Assembly: GCF_030684315.1 (NCBI RefSeq)
Contig: NC_081363.1
Coordinates: forward strand, 47,443,540 to 47,507,539
Source of the DNA: Stegostoma tigrinum
Taxonomy: Eukaryota
Direction: 5' to 3'
Length of the DNA stretch: 64,000 nt
Shown: piece after piece, positions 38,270-50,550 of the stretch
Layout of the letters: the number at the start of each line of letters is the position of its first letter
Position numbering within the stretch: position 1 is the stretch's first letter
The notes under the pieces: model-generated
What the model saw: the letters and a program-made list of their open reading frames with translations, nothing else
What the model was told of the DNA's origin: nothing
Databases searched by the model: none
Made by a program: the position numbers and the translations under genes

Positions 38270-38930
38270 TTGAAAGTTACAAGAGAAATCAAATACACAA
38301 AAAAAAATGCCTAGGTCTGCATCCCAGGGTCTAGAAGAAAGCGGCTTTTGGAGGTGGTCGTGCATTGGTGATTATCTTCTAAAATTATATCAGTTCTCAA
38401 ATGAATTGTACAATCTGGAATGTAGGACATGTCACTTAACTTTTTAAGAAAAAAGTGAGAGAGAAAACAGGGAATTACATACCTGTTATCTTACATTAGT
38501 CATAAGGAGAATGCTAGACTCTATTATAAAGGATGAGATAAATTGACATATCACTGATCATTGATGTGGCATGGCATGGATTTGTAAATGGGAAATCATG
38601 TTTGATGAACTTGGTGTTTTTTGAAAATATTACTAACAAAATTGATAAAGGAGGATGGATGTGTGACACTTAGATTTTCAGAAGGCTTACGATAAAATCC
38701 CCCATAGGAGGCAGGTTAGAAAAATTATAGCAAATGAGATAGGAGGTAATGTACTTGCATGGATTAAGGATTGACTAACTGGCAGAAAAGAGAGGCTAGG
38801 AATAACAGGTCATTTGTGCATTGGGAAGCAGTGACGAGTAGGATACTGCAAGGATCAGTATTTGATCCCTAGTTTTCACTGTACATACATATATATGTAC
38901 ACATATAATTGATTTGAACATGGAGACTGA
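38270..38930 (+). mobile_element. CR1-like LINE RT fragment
   Basis: Remnants HGFVNGKSCLMNL, LDFQKAYDKIPHRR and QGSV. Confidence 0.7.
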
Positions 38931-39404
38931 GTATAACTGTTGGAGATAGAATTTGTACAGTGCAGATAGAGGCTATTCAGCCTGTCTAATCTGTGCCAAC
39001 CATCCAAAGTGCATCTGATCCAGATCCAAACCCCCACCCCATCTCATTGCTAAGAATTCTTCATTTGTCCAATGTTGACTTCTAATGTAATCATGTCCCC
39101 TCCCAATCTTCAGTCTATCATTTGTGTCCACTCGCTTTGCTATTTAGGTGCCATGTGTTAGAATTTCCTTCTTAAAACCCATTGTTTGCCCACAAGATCT
39201 TCTTTAAAACCCATTTTTTAATGCAAGCGTTGTTGCTTATTCTTTGTTTCAGCATCTACTTTCATATGATTAGCTCTTGCTAAATGTGCTTGAGTGTTTT
39301 CTGCATTAAAGGTACTGTGTAACTATGAAATTGTTATTACATATTTTCCAATTTCCTGCCCCTTTCATTTCAAGCCATTGATCTGTGAATCTGCTCCTTA
39401 GTCA

Positions 39405-39940
39405 TTGAATCATATAGTATAGAAGAGGCCCTTCAGTCATTGAGTCTGTCCCACCAAGAACTTACCAGTACCTACACTATTCCACGTACCCACACTAGAC
39501 CCATAGCCTTGAATATTATGACATCATAAAGCGCTCATCCAAGTACTTTTTAAAGGTTGTGAGGTTATCCTCGCAGGCAATGCATTCCAGACCACCAACT
39601 AAATGAAATAATTTGTCCCTCTAGTCCCCTTTAAACCTCCTCTTTCAAATAAGGTAAACAGTTGCTTTCTATTCGCCCCATTCATGGTCCTCATAATCTT
39701 TTATACTGCTATTAGGTAATTCCTCAAACCTCTGTGCTGCTGAGCTTATACTCTCTTCTGCTGAAATGCTCCGTGCCAGGCAACATCCTGGTGAATCTCC
39801 TTCGTACCCCCTCCAGTGTAAGCACATCTTTTCTGTAGTAAGGTGACCAGAACAGCACACAGTACTCCAGCTGTGGCCTAGGCAAGGCTCTGTTATAGCT
39901 CCAACATGATCTCCCTGCTCTTATAATCCATGCCATGATT
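39405..39940 (-). mobile_element. CR1-like LINE 3' fragment
   Basis: RPQLEYCVLFWSPYYRKDVLTLEGVRRRFTRMLPG in ORF 39724-39936. Confidence 0.85.
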
Positions 39941-40007
39941 GACTCTTACAGAACTTAATTGTTCCATCCCTTCCCAATTCCACAACTCAAGATATTAGTC
40001 TTCAGGC

Positions 40008-40340
40008 AGTAGCCTAGCGGCATTATTGCTTGACTGTTAATCCAGAGATCCAGATAATGTCCTGGGGACCCAGGTTCAAATCCCACCATAGCAGACAGTA
40101 AAATTTGAATTCAATAAATATCTGGAATTAAGAATCTACTGATGACTGAATCCATTGCCAATTGTCAAGAAAATCCCATCTGGTTCACTAATACCCTTTC
40201 GGGAAGGAAACTGCCATCCTTACCTACATGTGACTCCAGACCCACAGCAATGTGGTTGACTCTTAACTGCCCTATAGGCAGTTAGGGATGGGTAGTAAAT
40301 GGTGCCTAGCCAGTGACACCCACATCCTGTGAATGAATTT
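40008..40340 (+). mobile_element. tRNA-derived SINE, near full length
   Basis: A-box-like tagcctagcgg, B-box GGTTCAAATCC at about 40073, and a 3' tail shared with the LINE end at 47090-47160. Confidence 0.8.
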
Positions 40341-41639
40341 TTTAAAAAAGTGTTTGTGCAATGAAACTCCATTTTGTATCCAGCACTTGTCAATGTTATA
40401 AGTGGCCGAGTCCTGGTCTATATGAATTAATTGGAAATTAAAACCTGATTTGCTCCTCCAAACCCATTCCATTGCTAATCATCAATAAAGCAGTTGTACT
40501 TTATGAAATAGAGTGGGATTCTCTGCCCCAGTGGGATGTGCTTGTTAATTGTTCTTTTAATTAGTATCAGGTGATTTGGTGATGGGGATTCAAACATAAA
40601 GCTGGGTGCTACCCTTTCAAATCCTAGTTTGATTTAGCCCGTCCTTCATTCCCTGCTATTCTCGATTTTTGTTGATGTAGTGTGATTTTTTTTTTCTTTC
40701 AAAGATCAATGTGCTCAGTAATCCATTTACACTTCTCTGGAGCAGGTTGGGCTGTCTGGCCTAGAGATAGGGACATACCACTACACCACAAGAGCTCCTT
40801 GGTTTTGTTGTTATGCCATCCTTGGTCGATGGCTTGCTAATTGTTATCTTAACAAGTGGTATGGGTGATTTGGTGATGGGTCACACAAAAAAAAGCTGTG
40901 TTTTTGGTGGGCTTTTATGGTGCCCATAGCTCTGGTCTAGAAGGTCCTGGTTCCAGCAGAGTGTTGTCACATGTCTAAGCAAGCTGGTTAAAATAAACAC
41001 ACTCTGAATAAAAATAGTTTCTATTGTTTGAAGGCATCAGAGACATACACGAAAGACAGTTCCTCGGGTTGAGATCACTGCAAAATGTTCCTGGAATTTG
41101 TTGTTTCTGAAAATAGAAAAAATGTTGAATTTTTGGAATGCACTTTATGGTGCAGCGGTAGTGTCCTTAGCATTGTGGCAGAAGCCCTAGTTTCAGGTCC
41201 AAGGGTTTTATTATGACATATCTGAGCAGGCTGATTATATTTTTTTTGAGAAAGTGCTGGATTCTTGAAAAGAAGTGTATGATATTCATCAGAACGCTCA
41301 AAGCATTTAGAGAGAAGTGAGGGCTGGAGTGAATTATCCACCCTCCCAATGCTATTTTGATGTAGTCTGTCCTTGCTTCTCCACCTCTTTAGTTTGTATT
41401 ATTGTTAAACCACCTATTTATTGGCAGTGATTTGTTATTTAATCATTCTTAAATGGGGGTGAAAGAAAAGAAATGGGCTCTTCCCCAGTGGAGTTGAAAA
41501 TGTATATGTGCTAACTTTAATTTCTTTGAATGGAAAGATGAGGATGGTAGAAAGTAAATTGCTGTTTCTGGTAGAAATAAAGCTCCTGATGGCCTTTAAA
41601 AGTGAAATGATTGATCCATGCGGCAGGAATTATGATTGT

Positions 41640-42410
41640 TCACTGGTGTTTTTGGGATTGAAGCCATACAAACAGAAGATGAATGAGCTGGAGATGTGGA
41701 CTTGGGTCAGTTAGAGATTCTAATACGAGTAATGGAGAGATTTTAAAGAAAAGCTGACTTGTTGGAAGCTGATGAGTCAATATTTTAAAAATCTAATAAG
41801 ATAGACAATTATGCCATTGAAGAATATCTTATGGAGTTTGAAAGGATGTGTAAAAAGTTAGAAATTCAATCTAGAAATTCCAAAGACTAGTCCTGATGTT
41901 TAAACTGTTAGATTGCAGACATATCTTGCACAAAATATTTGACTCTGACAGTTGTTCAGTTCTATGATAGCAAAGGGTTCCTGCCCTAAAAGTCTTTTTA
42001 GCGAGGCAATTGTTTCCAGAAACCTTTACATACATGTTGGGAGCTCTGTAGTGATACAGAGAATGGCAAACTCTATAATTACTCACTCTGTACAAGGGGC
42101 CTACTCACAGGGACCCATCTTAGGATAGAATTTCTGGAAAATTTTTGAAGAAGGCTGTGCCTTTAATACCTTTCTGAATGAAGAAAAAAGACAGGATTGG
42201 GATGATAGCCAACAATGAATGAATCCCAGAATCCATAGAGAATAATTGGAAATATTTCTGCTGTGACACTATCACTGTCAGGAATTGTCCAAGGATGAGG
42301 AGTGAAGTTAATTTTTCAATGAAAAATTTAAAAAAGAGAAAAAAACTGGAAATGGAGGATAAAAATGTACTTTTAATTTGGTAAAATGATAAACGCAATT
42401 TAGGGAATTC
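41640..42410 (+). mobile_element. Possible decayed LTR retrotransposon gag-like remnant
   Basis: Fragments YKQKMNELEMWT, IEEYLMEFERMCKKL and VLMFKLLDC. Similar sequence at about 48880-50550. Family uncertain. Confidence 0.35.
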
Positions 42411-42424
42411 AGTCATTATTATAG

Positions 42425-42622
42425 AGATAGTAGGAACTGCCATGCCGGAGAATCTGAGATAACAAGGTGTCGAGTTGGATAAATACAGCAGGCCAAGCAG
42501 CATCAGAGGAGCAGGAAGGCTAACGTTTCGGGTCTAGACCAGGCCCGAAACATTAGCTTTCCTGCTCCTATGATGCTACGTAGCCTACTGTGTTCATCCA
42601 GCTCTACACCTTGTTATCTCAA
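42425..42622. mobile_element. Palindromic Penelope-like element with imperfect TSD
   Basis: Inverted arms centred near 42540, flanked by tcattattatag / tcgttattatag. Confidence 0.8.
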
Positions 42623-42700
42623 TCGTTATTATAGTTTGTTTAGGAAACCAGGAGTTTCTGGTCAAGAAATACAAACAGATCACAGTGCAATGTGAGAACA

Positions 42701-42835
42701 TTCTGATGAAGGGTCTAGGCCCGAAACATCAGCTTTTGTGCTCCTAAGATGCTGCTTGGCCTGCTGTGTTCATCCAGCTCCACACTTTGTTATCTCGGAT
42801 TCTCCAGCATCTGCAGTTTCCATTATCTCTGATCC
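42701..42835 (+). mobile_element. Penelope-like terminal repeat (family A) with hammerhead-like core
   Basis: CTGATGA-a-GGG-tctagg-CCC-GAAA-ca-TC at 42703-42730, followed by the family A arm. Confidence 0.75.
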
Positions 42836-42839
42836 TAAA

Positions 42840-45080
42840 TAAATCTGTCCCTTTTGCCAAGATCCCTCTAAACCCTTCCTATTCATATACTCATCCGGAT
42901 GCCTTTTAAATAATGTAATTGTAGCAGCCTACTCCACTTGCTTTGGCAGCTCATTCCAAACATGGACCAGCCTCTGCATGGAAGGGTTGCCCTGTAAATC
43001 CCTTTTTAAATCTTTTCCCTCTCACCTTAAATCTATGTCCTCTAGTTTTGGACTCCCACCACCCCTGTGAAAAGACCTTGCCTATTCACCCTGTCCATAG
43101 TCCTCATGATTTGATAAATCTCTGTAAGGTCACTCCTCATGCTCCAATGTTCCAGGGAAAATAGATCCAGCCAATTCAGCCTCTTCCTATAGCTTGTACC
43201 ATCCAAACCTGGCAACACCTGTGTAAGTCTTTTCTGAACGCTTTCATGATCCCATCTATCTGCCATGCCACTTTCAAGGAACTGAGCCTGCACTCCAAGG
43301 TCTTTTTGCTCAGTAACACTCCCCAGGACCTTCCCATTGAGTGTATAAGATCTGCCCTGATTTGTCTTACCAAAATGCAGCACCTTTATGTTTTTCTAAA
43401 TTAAACTCCACCTGCCGCTCCTCGGCCTATTGGCCCATCTGATCAAGATCTCATTGTACCCTGTGGCTATCTTCTTCTCTGTCCAATACACCTCCAATTT
43501 TGGTGTCACCTGCAAACTTACTAACCATACCTCCTATGTTCACATCCAAATAATTTGGATAAATGACAAAAAGCAGTGGACCCAGCAGCGATCCTTGTGG
43601 CACACTGATCACAGGCCTCCAGTCTGAAAAGCAGCCCTCCACCACCACCCTCTGTCCTCTACCCTTGAACTAGTTCTGTCTCCAAATGGTTAGTTGTTCA
43701 TGTATTCCATGTGATTGAGCCTTACTAACTAGTCTACCATACAGAACCTCGTCGAATGCATTATTGAAGTCCATATAGATCATGTCCACTGCTCTGTCCT
43801 TATCAATCTTCTTTGTTACTTCTTCAAAAAACTCTATTAAACTAGTGAGACACAATTTCCCATGCATAAAGCCACATTGACTATCCTTAATCAGTCCTTG
43901 CCTTTCCAAATACATGTAAATCCTGTTGCTTAGGATTCCCTCCAACAATTTACCCACCAACAATGTCAGGCTCACCGTTCTACAGTACCTTGGCTTTTCC
44001 TCACCCGCTTTCTTAAATAATGGCACCGCGTTATCCAACCTCCAGTCTGCTGGCACCTCAAGTTTGGCTATTGATAATACAAATATCTCAGAAAAGGGCC
44101 TAGCAATCCCTTCCCTAGCTTCCCACAAAGTTCAAGGGTACACTTGGTCAGGTGCCAGGAATTTATCCATTGTTAGGTGTTTTAAGACATCCAGCACTTC
44201 CTCCTCTGTAAAATGGACACTTTTCAAGATGTCACTTTTTATTTCCCCACGTTCTCTGTCTTCCATATCCCTCTCCACAGTAAACATTGATGCAAAATAC
44301 TCATTTAGTATTCCGCCCCCTTCCAATCTCCTACAGTTCACACATGAGTGACCTTGCCGAACTTTAAGAGGCTCTATTCACTCCCTAGTTATTCTTTTGT
44401 CCTTTATCTATTTATAGAATCCCTTTGTATTCTCCTCAACTCATTTTCCAAAGTTATTTCATGTCCCCTTTTTGGCCTCCTGATTTACCTCTTCAGTATC
44501 TTCTTATTACCTTTATACTCTTTTGGGGATTCATTGATTTCTGCTGTCTATACCTGACATATGCTTCTCTCTTATTAACCAAAACCTCAATTTCTCCAGT
44601 CATCAGCATTCCCTTCACCTACCAGCCTTGCCCTTCACCCCAACAGGAATATACTTCTCTGGACTCTTGTTATCTCAATTTGAAGGCTTCCTATTTTCCA
44701 CCCACTCCCTTATCTGCAAACATCTACCCCCATCAAATTTTGAAAGTTCTTGCCTAATACCATCAAAATTGGCCTTCCTCTTACTGAGAACTTGTAACCT
44801 TTTATATCAAGTCTATCATCTTCCATCACTCTTTTAAAACTAATACTGGCCCTGAGGGTTCTCCTCCACTGATACCCCAGTCACCTGCCCTGCCTTATTT
44901 CCCAAGAACAGGTGAAGGTTTGCACCTTCTTTTGTATGTCCATCCACATGCTGAACCAGAAAATTTTCCTGTACACACTTAACAAATTCCTCTCCATCCA
45001 AGCCCTAAACACTGGCAGTTCCAGTCTATGTTTGGAAATTAAAACCCACTACCACAATCACTCTATTATTCTACAGATAG
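42840..45080 (-). mobile_element. CR1-like LINE ORF2 remnant, about 2.2 kb
   Basis: Frameshifted ORFs 43042-44341 carry RT motifs (PLFKK, DFNNAFDEV, WRPVISVPQGSLLGPLLFVIY, SKFAGDTK, LHFGKTN). Confidence 0.9.
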
Positions 45081-45679
45081 GGAAAGAGGCCAGAAGGGAA
45101 ATGTGAAAGCTTATGTTTGTGTTAAACTACCGATTTACGATACAATATTTCTAAATCTCGCAGTCTTTTGATGCATAATTCAACATATGATATAGGTTTA
45201 TAATGCAACTCCAACACACGATGAGTCCAAGACATTTTTCCCTTCATTTATGTTGGACTTTTGCCCTTTAAATTGTTGATTTAAAGAAAAAAAACATTGT
45301 AATTCTTTTTGTTCTAAATGTATTTATGTCAGCTATAAGAGAATATATATGCTTGTCTCACTACATGTGTCGTTAAATTATTTGTTCTCATTCTGATAGT
45401 GCATAGAAAATAATGCGGGCCCAAGGCTGAAATAGACATGTAAAAATGTTCATTGGATCGGTTTTGATTGTTGCAAATGTGGCTATGTTATTCAAGTGCA
45501 TACTGGCCCAAATCCAATTTTAGAATACATATACACATCTACAAATCACTATCTACTTGCTAAAATTCATAAAAATCTGCAAAAAAGTTTTAATTTGAGT
45601 CAAATAACTTTTCCTTTCAGTTAGTGCAAGTAGAATATGTATTGTAGGAGAAGATTATATGTTCTATAGTGGTGTCGAA

Positions 45680-47160
45680 CATCACAAATGCTGGTCTTCA
45701 GCCAATTTAATTCACTCCATGTGATATCAAGATTGGAGGCATCGCATACTGCCAGGTCTATGGGTCCTGATAACATTCTGCCTTACTCCAGAGATTGCTG
45801 CTCTCCTTGCCAAGCTGTTCCAGTACAGCTACATCCCTGACATCTACCCGGCAATGTGGAAAATTGCCCAGATATGTCCTGTGCGTAATAAAGCAGGACA
45901 AATCCAACCTGGCCAATTACTGCCCTTTCAGTCTACTCTTAATAGAATGTGATGGAAGGTGTCATCAACAGTGCTATCGAGCAGCACCTGCTCAGTGATG
46001 CTCAGTTTGTGTTGTACCTAGACCACTCAGCTCCTGACCTCAGTACATGGACAAAAGAGTTGAATTCCAGATTTGAGGTGAGAATGTCAGCCTTTGACAT
46101 GAAGTCTGCATTTGATTGTGGCATCAAGGAATCCTAGCAAAACTAGAATCAGTGGAAACTGGAGGGAAAACTCTCCACTGATTGGAGTCATACCTGGTAC
46201 ATAGGAAGATGGTTGTGGTTGCTGGAGGTCTGTCATCTCACCTCTAGGATGTCTCTGCAGGAGTTCCTCACGGTACTGTCCTTGGCCCAACCATCTTCAG
46301 CCTCTTCAACAATGACCTTCCCTCCATCATGAGGTCAGAAGTGGGAATGTTTGCTAATGATTATGTAATGTTCAGCATCATTTGCAATTCCTCAGATACT
46401 GAAGCAGTCTGTGTTCAAATGCAACGAGATCTGGGCAATATCCAGGCTTGGGCTGACAGGTGATAAATAGCATTCATGCCAGGCAATGACTATCTTCAAT
46501 AACAAGCCATGAAACAACTACTCCTTGATGTTTAATGGCGTTACCATTAATGAACCTATCCCAATATCAACATCCTGGACCAGAAACTCAACTGGACTCT
46601 CAAGATTGGATCAACTGTTAGGAATACTGCAGTGAGTAACTTGCCTACTGACTCCCAAAACCTGTCCACCATCAATCATGAGTGTAATTCACTTCACTTC
46701 CCTAAATAATCGCAGTTCCAATATTCAAGAAGCTTGACACCATCCAGAACAAAGCAGCCAACCTTTTTTGCCACAAACATCTCCTCCATCCACTAGCAAC
46801 ACTCTGTTGGTAGTACACACAGCTGCTACTATGCAGAAATTTGCCAAAGATCCTCAGACAGCACCTTCCAACCCCAGAACCATTTCCATCTAGAAGGACA
46901 AGGGCAGCAGATACATGGGAATGGCACTGCCTGCAAATTCCTCACGAAGCCACTCACCACCCTGACTTAGCAATGTATCACTGTTCCTTCACTGCTGCTT
47001 AGTCAAAATGATGATATTCCCTACTTCGCAGAATTGTTGGTCTACCTCCAGCACATAGACTGCAATGGTTCACGAGGGCAGTTTACCAAAGGGCAAGGAG
47101 GGATGAGCAGTAAATGCTGGCCCAGCCAGCTACACTCACATCTACAAGTGAATTAAAGAA
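45680..47160 (+). mobile_element. L2/CR1-group LINE RT remnant with 3' tail
   Basis: MGPDNI, LAKLFQYSY, QDKSNLANYCPFSLL, GVPHGTVLGPTIF and MFANDY motifs; 3' tail gcagtaaatgctggcccagccag. Confidence 0.8.
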
Positions 47161-47524
47161 AGCAATTTAAACCCTCACTGTCTTAGCTCATCAAAACTCT
47201 TAATCAAGGTCAGATGTTATTTATAGTAAATACTCGTCTTACAGTATGCAAAAATAGAGGCATTTTTGCAAAATCACAAAACTGACTGAAGAATTGTCAT
47301 ATAACTTCATTTGTACTAGTTATTAAGCTGCTGAATCAATTACAACACTGTTTTCGTACTGATTGTGTAGAAGTTCATTTGAAATGGAATATCAAGGTGT
47401 AACATATTGAAGGACAATTTTTCATTGTCTATTTATATTGAGCACAAAAGTGCCTACCACTTGCACACAATTAAACAAAATAAATATAGAATTAATAATG
47501 AAGGAAATTAAAAATGGATACAAA

Positions 47525-48600
47525 GGACCCTCTTGTGGCACAGTGGTAATGTCCCTACCCCTGGACCAAGAAGCCCAGTTTTATGTCCGAACTGCTCCAG
47601 AGTTGTATAATAACATCTCTGGACATATTGGTAAGAAAAATAACTTAAATTTTAAAAAAAATTAAAAACAAAAGACAGCGGCCCTCTTACTGCACAGTGG
47701 TAGTGTCCCTTGAACCAAGAGGACTGGTTTCAAGTCCAGCCTACCCAGAGGTTTTTAATAACATCGCTGAACAGATCAATTAAAGAAATAGGTTAAGTAA
47801 AAGAATTAAAACTACAAACAGGGAAAGAATTAAAAGTAGACACACAGACTCTTGTGGTGCAGTGGTAGTGACCCTACACCTGGACTGGGAGGTCTAGGTT
47901 CAAGTCCCACCTGTTCTAGAGGTATGTGATAACATCTCTGAACATAAGTAACAAAGTGTGGGGCTGGATGAATACAGCAGGTCAAGTAACATCATAGGAG
48001 CACAAAAGCTGACGATTCAGGCCTCGACCCTTCATCAGAAAGATCTCTGAACATGTTGGCTAGAAAAATAGGTTAAGCTTTAAAAAAATAGAAAGGACAC
48101 AAGTGAATTGCCCTTGCTGGGCATTGCACACAGTGTGATTAATTGGAAACATGGGTGATTCTTTTAGCTGTGGCTGGTAAAAAGTAGCCTAAATAAAATC
48201 AAAGAGCTCTTGTGGTACAGTGCTAGTGTCCTGACCTCTGAGCTAGGAGTCCCAGGTTCATGTCCCACTTGCTCCAAAGTTATGTCATAGCATTTCTGAA
48301 CAGGTTGGTCTGAAAATACCTATAAATAGACACAAAGGCCTGTTGTGGTGTAGTCGTATCCTTGATAGTGGTAGTATCTTCAAGTCAGAAAGTACAAGTT
48401 TGAGTCCCACCTGATTTGATTTTGTGCCGTAACATGCCTGAACAGGTTGATTAAAATAGATGGAACGGTTCTGGTGTTGCAGTGGTAGTGTCGCTGCTTC
48501 TGAACCAGGAGGCCTAGGTTCAAGTCTCATCTACTCTAATACGTGTAATAACATCTCTGAACAAGTTGGTTCAAAAGTATCTATAAATAGACACAGCCTA
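47525..48600 (+). repeat. Tandem cluster of about six tRNA-derived short SINE units
   Basis: Units of about 115-125 bp starting near 47529, 47684, 47848, 48207, 48340 and 48470. Each has tgtggyrcagtggtagtgtc (A-box), ggttcaagtccc (B-box) and taacatctctgaaca. Confidence 0.8.
47946..48042 (-). mobile_element. Penelope-like fragment (family A) inserted in a SINE unit, 12-bp TSD
   Basis: ATCTCTGAACAT at 47934-47945 and 48043-48054. Minus-strand core CTGATGA..GAAT (mutated). Confidence 0.8.
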
Positions 48601-48879
48601 AAAGTTTGTTTGTAAGTTATTTATAATAAATAACTCTAAATAAATATTAAAGTGCGTAAAACTCCAGTTTCGTTGTTTAGCAACTCACTTTCTGAATTAC
48701 AACATAGTGCAAGACAAACAACTTTGACATTGTTGTCTTCTTAGCATTACTTAGAACAAAGTAGCAGAGAATGTGTACCTAAAGATGAAGCTTGGAAGCA
48801 ACTAAAAAGATCAGACAGCTACAATCTTAGTAGCCATTGTGAGAAATGTCAGAAATCATGTGTAAATTGTCAGATTGAT

Positions 48880-50550
48880 TGTTCTCTGATCACATGGTTT
48901 AGATTTTATGAAATAAAAAAGTGGATATGTGGACATAGGTCATGCCTTTACTAAAGAGGAAAAGGAAAATGGCCTCTGTTGTTTCCTATCAGAAGTAATT
49001 TGTGAGCTGGATGACTATGAATTAAATAGTGATGAGCATTTCAACCTTGTATTCTAATTCTAATTATTGACTGAAATTTACAAGAAAGATGAGCTGATAA
49101 ATAGACATAGGAAGAACTGCTGATGCTGGAGTCAGATAGAGATAAGTGTGGAGCAGTAGGTGCAAAGTGGGCCAAGCAGCATCAGACGAGCAGGAAAGTT
49201 GACTTTTTGGATCATTTCTGAAGAAGGGTCCCAACCTGAAAAGTCAACTTTCCTGCTCCTCTGCTGCCTGGCCCACTGCTGTTCCAGTTCAGCACTGTGT
49301 TATCTATGAACTGATAAATACCAACTGTATGGTCAACCTTTGATAATTTTTGGAAAATGTTCAGTGAAAGTATGTTTCAGGACTTCGACACATTGGATTT
49401 TGTCAGTTCTTTATACAATATGGTGTGCCCTGGATTAGTATTGGTGGTTAAATGCAGACATTTCTCAGGAAGGCATACCATGTTGGATCAGATGCTTGTT
49501 GTCTTTAATAAAATTCCAAAATGGAACAAATGGGACATTATGCAGGAACACAAAGATTCAATGACTGTAAGATTTTGACAAGGTCTAAATACTGCACTCG
49601 TGTCAATATATTAGAATGGTTAAAAACAGGAAGAATGCAGATGAATGCATCTTTGGAAAAGCTGTCTCTTACAGCAGAATACTGAATTGGAGCAACAATG
49701 AAAGACAAATGGATACTGAAAATAGTAAATAGATGCTTCATGTGTGGTTCAAACTATTATTATGGAATAAAATGCTCACAGCAGAGAGACATGGCCTCAA
49801 ATGACAGAGGATGATGATATTGATGGATCTAAACAAATTATACCAGTCACAAGGGATTTTATTCTTCTGAAGAATGTGTTATTTGCAGACTAGTTTAACT
49901 GTGCAGTGCTAGATAGTACTTGCATTTTGGTGGCAAATGGAATATTTCTCTTAAAATGTTTTCTTGATTCACAAAGTAATGGGGATGTGCGCACACTTAT
50001 GGAATATAAAAGTACTAATTGTTTCATATTTGGCAATAACAACACATTGAGGTAATTTACGAGAGTATATCTTTCCATGTAGAATAACTGGAATGAGTCA
50101 TCATATAGATATTGATGTTTTTAGTGAGATGCCAATGCTGCTGAGTAAACCTATGAAAAAGACACCAAAGAAGTTTGATGATTTTAGAACATCCATAAAA
50201 CTGGAATGTCTTCATTGTGAACAATCTTTTTGAGAAACTTACTAATCGCAATGTCAGCAAGTCTTGTTGGCGTGTGGTTGATAAGGATTAGAGAGAAAAC
50301 AGTAAAATGTCTTACAATTACACAGATAATTTGTTCACATTACATATTAAAGCTTGACAGCTTGATAAAAGATGCAGGTGTGGTGAATGGAGAGTTAACA
50401 AGGTTGATAAATCTGTTGGCACATGACCTTTAATGAGGCAATTGTCATGGAGTTAAGGGTATGGACAATAGTCATCCACATTTTACACACCCAAGAACCA
50501 GACTCTCTAGTAATATTATTAAGGGCAAATGAGTTGAAAAGGTCATGGAG
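48880..50550 (+). mobile_element. Possible decayed LTR retrotransposon gag/protease remnant
   Basis: VDMWT, ELDDYELNSDE and YKKDEL fragments, plus an aspartic-protease-like AVLDSTC near 49903. Heavily degraded. Confidence 0.35.
49104..49305. mobile_element. Palindromic Penelope-like element with 15-bp imperfect TSD
   Basis: Inverted arms; core CTGAAGA-a-GGGT-ccca-ACCT-GAAA-ag-TC at 49218-49245; TSD atgagctgataaata / atgaactgataaata. Confidence 0.75.

Noticed and set aside
42840-45080. Active or domesticated reverse transcriptase gene
   Set aside because: It has multiple frameshifts and stops, and the catalytic FADD is mutated to FAGD.
47525-48600. tRNA gene cluster or CRISPR-like array
   Set aside because: The units have A and B boxes but no complete cloverleaf, and they continue into a shared SINE body. 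The repeats are long and diverged, the context is eukaryotic, and there are no cas genes.
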